This document shows, one piece after another, positions 55,395 through 64,000 of a stretch of 64,000 nt of DNA. The stretch's first letter is position 1. Every line of letters begins with the position of its first letter. The notes under the pieces were generated by a model, which searched no databases, had not been told where the DNA came from, and saw only the letters and a program-made list of their open reading frames with translations. This stretch comes from Octopus vulgaris (taxonomy: Eukaryota). Made by a program: the position numbers and the translations under genes. The stretch covers positions 17,546,001 through 17,610,000 of the forward strand of contig OX597824.1 in NCBI GenBank assembly GCA_951406725.2, in the 5' to 3' direction.

Positions 55395-55618
55395 ACTATA
55401 AGAGAGAATCCACTATGTGGACGCTCTTACGCTAGATATAGATCCGCAAAGGGAATCCACCACTAAGAATTGTTCTCAAGAAATAATTCAACACACCAAG
55501 AACGTTCTTGGTGTGTTGAATTATTTCTTGAGAACAATTCTTAGTGGTGGATTCCCTTTGCGGATCTATATCTAGCGTAAGAGCGTCCACATAGTGGATT
55601 CTCTCTTATAGTTGTGTA
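55389..55618. repeat. Perfect 230-bp palindrome (115-bp arms, no spacer)
   Basis: Arms checked base by base. Centre CAAGAAC|GTTCTTG at 55503/55504. Confidence 0.97.
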
Positions 55619-55717
55619 TTAATAATATTTACTGAATCTCAGTCTTTTATACGCTAGGCCACTTGGTGTTTAAATTGATGATATTAAATTAATATACAAT
55701 TATTTCACCCTCATTTT

Positions 55718-55813
<96 letters not shown>

Positions 55814-56606
55814 GTGCATAAATCGGTGTGTGTGAGTGGGAATGAGAGAGAATGGTACATGTTCTTTAGGCTGGAGTATTCTTGCCAGGGTTGAGAAATG
55901 TAAAAATACATTTCGAAATATCACTGGATTGTCCCCTGTATATGAGCAGATGTGGTCTTCCTTCCTATCGCAGCGTATATAATTTTAAGTAATCAAAATT
56001 TACATATCTTTGCTAGCTATTCATCTAACCAGCCTCCACTCACTTCTCGACTGAGATTTTATGCAACCTTCTCCATGGAATATTTTCTCCTCTCCTGATG
56101 TACCTGTGCGTCAATGACATTCGAATTTTAAGTTCTATGTACGTAGATTTTCTATATAACTTGAGTAGGCTCATCAATGAACAGTAGAAGTCTTTCCTAG
56201 AACTATACACTCATTCAGAAGTTAGGCACATATATCATGGGCAGAGTCGTTATAGATTCGCGTAGATTTCCTTGCGACACTTGCTATCCTGGCTCCTTGG
56301 TATCGGAGTGCAAATAAAGTTGAGGTCAACTTCTGAGTTTGGCCACATCAGAGTCGATGAACATTGCAGAAGTAGAGGGTTCAAATTTGTCGAATTCACA
56401 GAGTGTTTGTTATCTGAACTGAACGTGTCGAGAATATTGCAGCAATCTCAATCTGTACTTGAAATTTCCTTTAGTCAAATAGCGTTGGCTTAGAGTGTGG
56501 AAGTATTCATACAGGAGGAAACACAAAGGAAAACAATATAAAATCAGGAAGAAATAACATGAACCCTACTAATCTATGACCCAACAGCTTTGCAGAGTCA
56601 CCTATA

Positions 56607-57510
56607 TACACGAGATGGTGTCAAAGTTCTCGGACTAGTTGTGTTTAATAAAAATAATTTATTTACCAAAGCTTTAACATAATCTCTTTTGAAATAGTCA
56701 TCTTTCGCAGCAATACACCCGTCCCAGATTTCCTGCCATTTGTGGAATACGGTCTGGAAGTCATCTTACGTTAGCGAATGGAAGAACTTCTGCGATTCGC
56801 TTTGGTTCTTCACAACAGTATTAAATCGGTGACCTTTGAGATGGATTTTCTCCTTGAGGAAGAGATGGAAGTCAACAGATCCTAAATCTGGGGAATAGAA
56901 TGACTGTGTAAGCGATACCATGTTGTTTTTTGGCGAGAAACTCATGAACGAGAGCTTAATGACAGAATTCTTTGTCGTCCTGAAAAATCCAATTCTTAAC
57001 GCTCCACTGATTCAGTCGCTTTCAACAAATGTACTTCCTGAAACGCTTCAAATCTTCGCAGTAGAACTATCGATTGACGGTCTGGTCCTGGAGAGCGAAT
57101 TCTCGATGCACAATGCCACATTTCCGAGGATGACATACGTAGCAGGTTTTCCAGTTCGTTCATCGCCTTCCAGCGATTTTCTTCCGTTCTGAAGTGTCCG
57201 TTCCGCACGAAACATTGTGTACCACACATGGCCTCGTCCCAGTAAGCTTGCAGAAAAATGCTCAACGTCTCCGTAGCAGATTTCTCAAGTTTAACCCCAA
57301 ATTTCACGTTGGCTCTTTGTACCTCTCCATCACAAGATCGCAGATTTCAGCATACACGTGTTTACAAAAAATACAAATTTCACAACATGCATAGTAAACA
57401 CAGTGATATCACTCGGCACACTGCTTTACGAAGGTCACTGCAGCTCTCACTGCGCATGCATCCGTTATACTGACATCTATTGGTGTGATACGCAAATATT
57501 CTGGGAAATG
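56607..57510 (-). pseudogene. Decayed mariner element
   Basis: KFGVKLEKSATETLSIFLQAYWDEAM..TQCF (N-terminal HTH) and C-terminal FHKWQEIWDGCIAAKDDYFK. TIR-like TACACGAGATGGTGTCAAAGTTCTCGGACT at 56607. Confidence 0.75.
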
Positions 57511-57659
57511 TATATGTGTGTGTATAGTTATATACATTTATATACTTATTTATTAAACACACGCACACACATAAAAATATATATATATATGCATAAGTAC
57601 ACACGTACGCATATACGTTTATGCATATATATGAATATATATATCGCCATGTTGATTCG

Positions 57660-57973
57660 TTATGTGAAGTCGTGTGTTGAAACAGATATTGTTATATTTC
57701 GGAATGGTCATATTGCCAGTTTAGCCAATAAAAACACACACTATATATTTGGTGTTATTTTGCTTCAGTGATATTTATTTTTTACATTAATCTTAATCTT
57801 ATTTCGGCCAAAGTTCTTTCGTCACACTCTTGTGACCGCATCAGTGGTCCTTTGTTTTCTTCTTTCTTATTTGTTTGTGTCTCTCCTTACTAATACAATT
57901 GTTCGTTTGTATGTCTTCCACCTGCTCTTCGTCTATTTTGTTTATTTTCATAAACTGGCAATTGACCATTCCG

Positions 57974-57980
<7 letters not shown>
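57660..57980 (-). mobile_element. Penelope-like pLTR remnant with 30-bp inverted repeat and hammerhead-like motif
   Basis: Inverted repeat 57693-57723 / 57951-57980. Minus 57806-57850 reads GACCA-CUGAUGC-G-GUCAC(aagagu)GUGAC-GAAA-GAAC-UU-UGGCC. Confidence 0.6.
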
Positions 57981-58059
<79 letters not shown>

Positions 58060-58256
58060 ATGAATGTATTTCCCTTGTTAACAATTAACACGGAAAAAAT
58101 AGATAAATAGTTACCAGGGTAGCAAATAATCATACAAGTAAAGAGGTTGTAACTCCTTGTTTTTGAAGGTAGACAGTTCGAGTTTACGTGGAATTGTTTT
58201 TCATAATATATAAATAAATAAAGCAGTTTAATGCAGATAAAATTCAAATACTTTTG

Positions 58257-58342
58257 CTTCCGACACATGTTTCGAAGATTTCACTGATATTATTCCAAAG
58301 GAATATATGGTATAAAAAAATATTTTCTTCTCATCAGAGAAG
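58257..58342 (-). ncRNA. Type I hammerhead ribozyme, canonical core
   Basis: Minus strand CUUCU-CUGAUGA-GAAGA[47 nt]UCUUC-GAAAC-AUGU-GUC-GGAAG. Lies in a 310-bp island between (TA)n tracts. Confidence 0.85.
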
Positions 58343-58369
58343 TGAAGAAATGAAACACGTCAACTAGAC

Positions 58370-58440
<71 letters not shown>

Positions 58441-58710
58441 GTGTGTGTGTTTACATATACAAACGCATGTATATGTAGGTATATGGTTTTTTGAACATAT
58501 GCACGTTTAGTTGTAGAAAATTCTTGAACAGAAATCGATGAAATTGTCTGTTTATTCTTTAGTCATGCAATCTACATTGCTTATGCTCTATCACTCATAC
58601 GCAGACACACACGCACACACACATATATATATATACATATATATATACATATATATATGTGTGTGTATATATATATATATACACACGTACATATATATAT
58701 ATATATATAT

Positions 58711-58761
<51 letters not shown>

Positions 58762-58816
58762 CATAGGTAGGTAGATATATATATATATAGATAGATATAT
58801 AGATAGTCAGAAAGAC

Positions 58817-58882
<66 letters not shown>

Positions 58883-58909
58883 ACAGACAGACATAGATAG
58901 CTAGATAGC

Positions 58910-58956
<47 letters not shown>

Positions 58957-59868
58957 ATGGATAGATAGATAGATGTGTGTGTGGGAGGTATATTTACATA
59001 CACACACATATATATGCATACATACATCATACGTTTGTGTGTGTGTGTGTGTGTGTGTTTATGTGAGTGTACTTATACATACATGTATGAGTTTGTATAT
59101 GTGCAAATTTTTATTTGCATACATACCTATGTAAACATATATCCATATATATATATATATAATGAATTACACTATCGTAAACACGCCTCGCACATGCTCA
59201 GGCACATATGTAAATACAGATATACGATCGCAGTTTTGCAATGGTATGGAAAAATGCCATTGCAGGTATTTCACCAAGAAAAATGGATCAAGTTGAAGCA
59301 AAATGATTTGCGAGCCACGTAGACCTTTCTGCGGTGGAAATAACACATATCTGGCATACTTTTTACGCTATTTCCTGAAACACCAAGTTTACATACACTG
59401 TGCAAAGTTGCAGAGAAGTCTTCATTCCTTGTTGCGAACACTGCAGTCTTTGATATTAAATGGCAGTCACACGATGTATATAGAGCGGAATGTATAAAAT
59501 GCATTATTATAAAGCTATTTATTTCCAAAGAAGCAATTATTTTATATCTTGGTAAAGGTGTGGATTTTCGCATAATTAAAGGAAAATGATAGTCTCCAAA
59601 TTCGTTTGATCTAAGAAGTGATAATGTATGTGTGAACGCATACTCATTCAAACACATACTTGCAACTATATATATATATATATAAACTATATGTACACAT
59701 GTACATATATACATATATATATATATATATGTACATATATATATAATATATATATATATATGTATATATATATATGTATATATGTACATATATATATGTA
59801 CATATCTATATTCTCTATCTACTTCCGTCTAGTTATATATATATATATACATATACATGTATGTTATG

Positions 59869-59972
<104 letters not shown>

Positions 59973-60483
59973 AACACTCACACTCACGCACACACAGATA
60001 TATGTATATAAATAAATGTGTGTATATGTTTGAATATAGGTATTTAGGTATATATATATATACTCTCATAAAAAACTCATGCACACCATTACATTGATGA
60101 TGCAGTCCACTGTTGCCTTATATCATTGTGTTTACCACAGCCATTACTTATTTAAACATTACTGTACATACGTGCACATAAATGCACATGCAAGCATATA
60201 CCAGCACAATCAAAAGTTGACGCTCTTAGACTTTGATACATTCACGCAGACACAAACAGAGACACAAACACAGACAAATGCATAGACGTGCATATTTAAA
60301 AACCACGTACACACACACACAAACACACAAACATGCACATGCAACACACTTACATATTGAATATACAAATATCAGTGCTTTTAAATTAATGATGGCCCGC
60401 ACACTCTCATAATATATCCATAGTTATTCGCATTAAGCCGTGTTCAGAAAATCTCATTCAACGGCATATACACTCATGCACTT

Positions 60484-60541
<58 letters not shown>

Positions 60542-60795
60542 TTGTGTGTTTGTGTAGGTGTGCGAGTGTGTATGTGAGTGTGTGTGCGCAGGTATATATA
60601 TATATTTGTATATATATGTGTGAATAAGTGGAGCTCTAAAACACGCACAAATACTCCAAAGCACTGACATCTTTTTGATTACCTTGCATCAGTTCATAAT
60701 ACAATGCTTATGCTACGCCGTATCTTTATGCACACCTTCCCATCGAACAACACACAAGCAATCACCAATATATATATATATACATATATATATAC

Positions 60796-60957
<162 letters not shown>

Positions 60958-61057
60958 AATATATATACACACATATATATATAAACATACATATATGTTT
61001 CTACATATATGTGTATATATATATATATATGTATATGTGTGCGTGTATATATATCTA

Positions 61058-61113
<56 letters not shown>

Positions 61114-61872
61114 TATGTAAATATATATATATATATATGTATGTTATATATATATACACACATATATATATATCGGTCCTCACGCTCTTCCACGTCTATT
61201 GTGAATAAGATGGAAGCTGTGGATTTTAATATATATAATATTAAATTAAGTTTTAGCAGTGCTCGACCAAGTTAATCAAGAAGATTGAAACTCATCGGCA
61301 GCAGATGTAGCAAAATGAATTATAAACATACTTCTTATATCATCACTAGCTGGCGCTGTTTGAAATTCTGGAAGAGTTCACACTTATCTCGTTGATATTT
61401 TTTTCTATGCCTCCATATACGTATTAGGAATAATTTATTCCAATAAATCATTTATTAAATGCAAAAATGGAAGAAAAAAAAAAACAGGGAAAAAAATTCA
61501 GGATTTCTTGAATGTTTGTAAGAAAAGGTTTGGTATTTGATGAAATATATTCAATTATCAATTTCTTTCCTAGCAGTCCTCACATCTGAGTAGCAATTTT
61601 TTTTCCCCCGTATGGAATATTGACAGTTATTTTAGGGCACTGTAACAGCCGCTTTCTGCTGTTCATGAGTTTTTAAGAAGCGTTGTGACCTAAATGTTCG
61701 TTCAGATTTTTCGTAATAATACTAAATTTACCTCTAAATTACATCCTATGTTGTTTAAGCAACTGATTGTCATATTGTACAGTTTACTGAGAAATGAGAT
61801 GTATGCAACGTACTAATTAAATCAGGATGGTCTCTCATTTTGGAAGGTTTTAATCGTAAATCAGTCTACTCT

Positions 61873-62284
61873 TATTTCTTTACTACCCACAAGGGGCTAA
61901 ACACAGAGAGGACAAACATGGACAGACAAACGAATTAAGTCGATTTTATCGACCCCAGTGCGTAACTGGTACTTGATTTATCGACCCCGAAGGGATGAAA
62001 GGCAAAGTCGATCTCGGCGGAATTTGAACTCACAACGTAAAGACAGACGAAATACCTGTTTCTTTATTACCCACAAGGGGCTAAACATAGAGGGGACAAA
62101 GACAGACAAAGGAATTAAGTAGATTACATCGACCCCAGTGCGTAACTGGTACTTAATTTATCGACCCCGAAAGGATGAAAGGCAAAGTCGACCTCGGCGG
62201 AATTTGAACTCAGAACGTAACGGCACACGAAATACCGATAAGCATTTCGCCCGGCGTGCTATCGATTCTGCCATCTCGCCGCCT
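61873..62284 (-). mobile_element. SINE family B dimer inside one 16-bp TSD
   Basis: TAAATCAGTCTACTCT at 61857-61872 and 62285-62300. Internal junction near 62056. Confidence 0.92.
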
Positions 62285-62347
62285 TAAATCAGTCTACTCT
62301 ATCTGAACTGAGGAGTGGTTGAGCAAATGCACTTGCAACAACAGCAG

Positions 62348-62540
62348 AGTGGAGGCGCAATGGCCCAGTGGTAAGGGCAGCAGACTCGCAGTCATAAGAA
62401 CGCGGTTTCGATTCCCAAACCGAGCATTGTGAGTGTTTATTGAGCAAAAAAATCCTAAGCTCCACGAGGCTCCGACGGGGAATGGTGGTGAACATCGCTG
62501 TACTATTTCACTACAACTTTCTCTCTCTCTTTCTTCCTAC
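62348..62540 (+). mobile_element. SINE family C, 5' portion
   Basis: Homologous to 4070-4250. Confidence 0.8.
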
Positions 62541-63676
62541 TTCTACCACAAAGCAGAGGAACCATGGAGTAACCCACTATGGTGTGGTAAACTTTCAGAC
62601 CCTAGTCTAGATTGCCAATCCTCTGTACTCCAGGATGGTTCAGCTCTCCACCCGTTAAAAGCCACCGTTTACGGAATGAGGATAACAACGTAGCTTTCGC
62701 ACCCGTGCAACCGCCAGTCTATCGCGTGTGGTGGGTGGATCTTCAAGTTGCCACACGCATTCTTAGTAGCTTAGAGTAGGCTCGAATTAGAGATTATTCT
62801 TTGTGGCTAATGGTGCGAGTCCTGATTGGAAGAAGAAGAGGAAGAAGACAAGGACAGAGAAGATAACGTTTCATCGGAGGAAAGCAATGAGTCTACCCCT
62901 AATAATGCTTCTCCGTTTAATGATATTGGCTTTTCTCGCTGTATTTTTTTTTTTTTTTATGTAATCAGAAATTTTGAGTAATAAAATAGACCCAGGCGTT
63001 GATGGTAATCCCCAACAATTACCGGAGTAAACTCACGGAAAGAGATTTTTACAGCAAATACAAGAAAAGATCTTTTGGCATAGATTACCACAAGCTTATA
63101 TGAAACGCTCACACCTGCTTTTTCCTTGTTAGATACTTGGCAAGACAGTAAACATGTCCTCGTATTTGTATGAAGCATGACATATCAAAGAGAAATAGAA
63201 CAACGAAAATGGTGCTTCGCGTTGCTAACAGGAAAATTAGTGCTAAATTCTATGTTTTTTTACAGCCAGCATCGAATTATCTCTAGCATCGCTAATAGTA
63301 TTTCTCTTACGGTAATTTAGTTGTCCGAAGTCGTTCAGCCTCTGGAATATGTTCTAGAGTTTCCTAATCTAATTAGCGAACCATATTACTTTGTTGTGGA
63401 TTTTTTAAAGACATTAGCTGGCTATGACACTAGATATTTAATCTCATTTGCAAACCGCAAATATTGTGCTTCTCCATGATATGGACAGTAAACATGTTTT
63501 CTCTACATGCAACCTATTCGATGAACCTATACAGCCATGTTTCCCAAACGTTAGCTGATATTATTCTATTTTATCTTAGAGCTTGACACATACGCTTTAG
63601 TCCTTCCAATTTATTGGATCACAACGATTCTCTTTTTTCTTTATTCTATTGGTGGTTCACTCTTTGTATTTCCTAA

Positions 63677-64000
63677 TCGGAACATTTGACCACATTCTTT
63701 GTGTGTTAATATTATTGTCTTATTATTTAACTACCCTTGATTCTAAACCTCATCAGCACACGAAATGTTTTCAGGTTCTTAATTCTCTTACCAGGTTTCG
63801 GAACATTTGATCACATTCTTTGTGTGTTAATATTAGTGTCTTATTATTTAACTACCCTTGATTTTAAACCTCATAAGCACTCGAAATGTTTTCTGGTTCT
63901 TAATTCTATTACCAGGTTTCGGAACATTTGATCACATTCTTTGTGTGTTAATATTAGTGTCTTATTATTTAACTACCCTTGATTTTAAACCTCATAAGCA
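63677..64000. repeat. 121-bp tandem repeat (at least 2.7 copies, runs off the window)
   Basis: TCGGAACATTTGA starts at 63677, 63798 and 63919. Confidence 0.95.

Noticed and set aside
62790-63080. Acidic stretch EEEEEDKDREDNVSSEES resembling a piggyBac N-terminus
   Set aside because: No catalytic-domain motifs or TTAA-flanked TIRs could be identified.
63677-64000. CRISPR-like array
   Set aside because: Whole 121-bp units repeat with no unique spacers, the context is eukaryotic and there are no cas genes.

Overview
AT-rich eukaryotic intronic/intergenic DNA, most likely from a coleoid cephalopod (Octopus-type SINE families recognised from memory, not from a search). No host gene can be called with confidence. 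Almost all ORFs in the supplied track are translations of (TA)n, (GATA)n, (CATA)n and (TAA)n microsatellites. The window holds several tRNA-derived SINE families (some with target-site duplications and LINE-like tails), decayed R4/Dong-, Tx1- and CR1/L2-like LINE ends, Tc1/mariner relics, MITEs, a probable Helitron, Penelope-like (GIY-YIG) fragments, a 2.4-kb foldback, a perfect 230-bp palindrome and a 121-bp tandem repeat. The most striking signal is about a dozen minimal type I hammerhead-ribozyme motifs from several unrelated short elements. Three have fully canonical cores (220-262, 36265-36365, 58257-58342) and one has a G3:C8 covariant core. Most sit in short islands inside (TA)n tracts, often with asymmetric inverted duplications. 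One family joins a tRNA-like Pol III head, a microsatellite and a hammerhead directly downstream of a Penelope endonuclease ORF.
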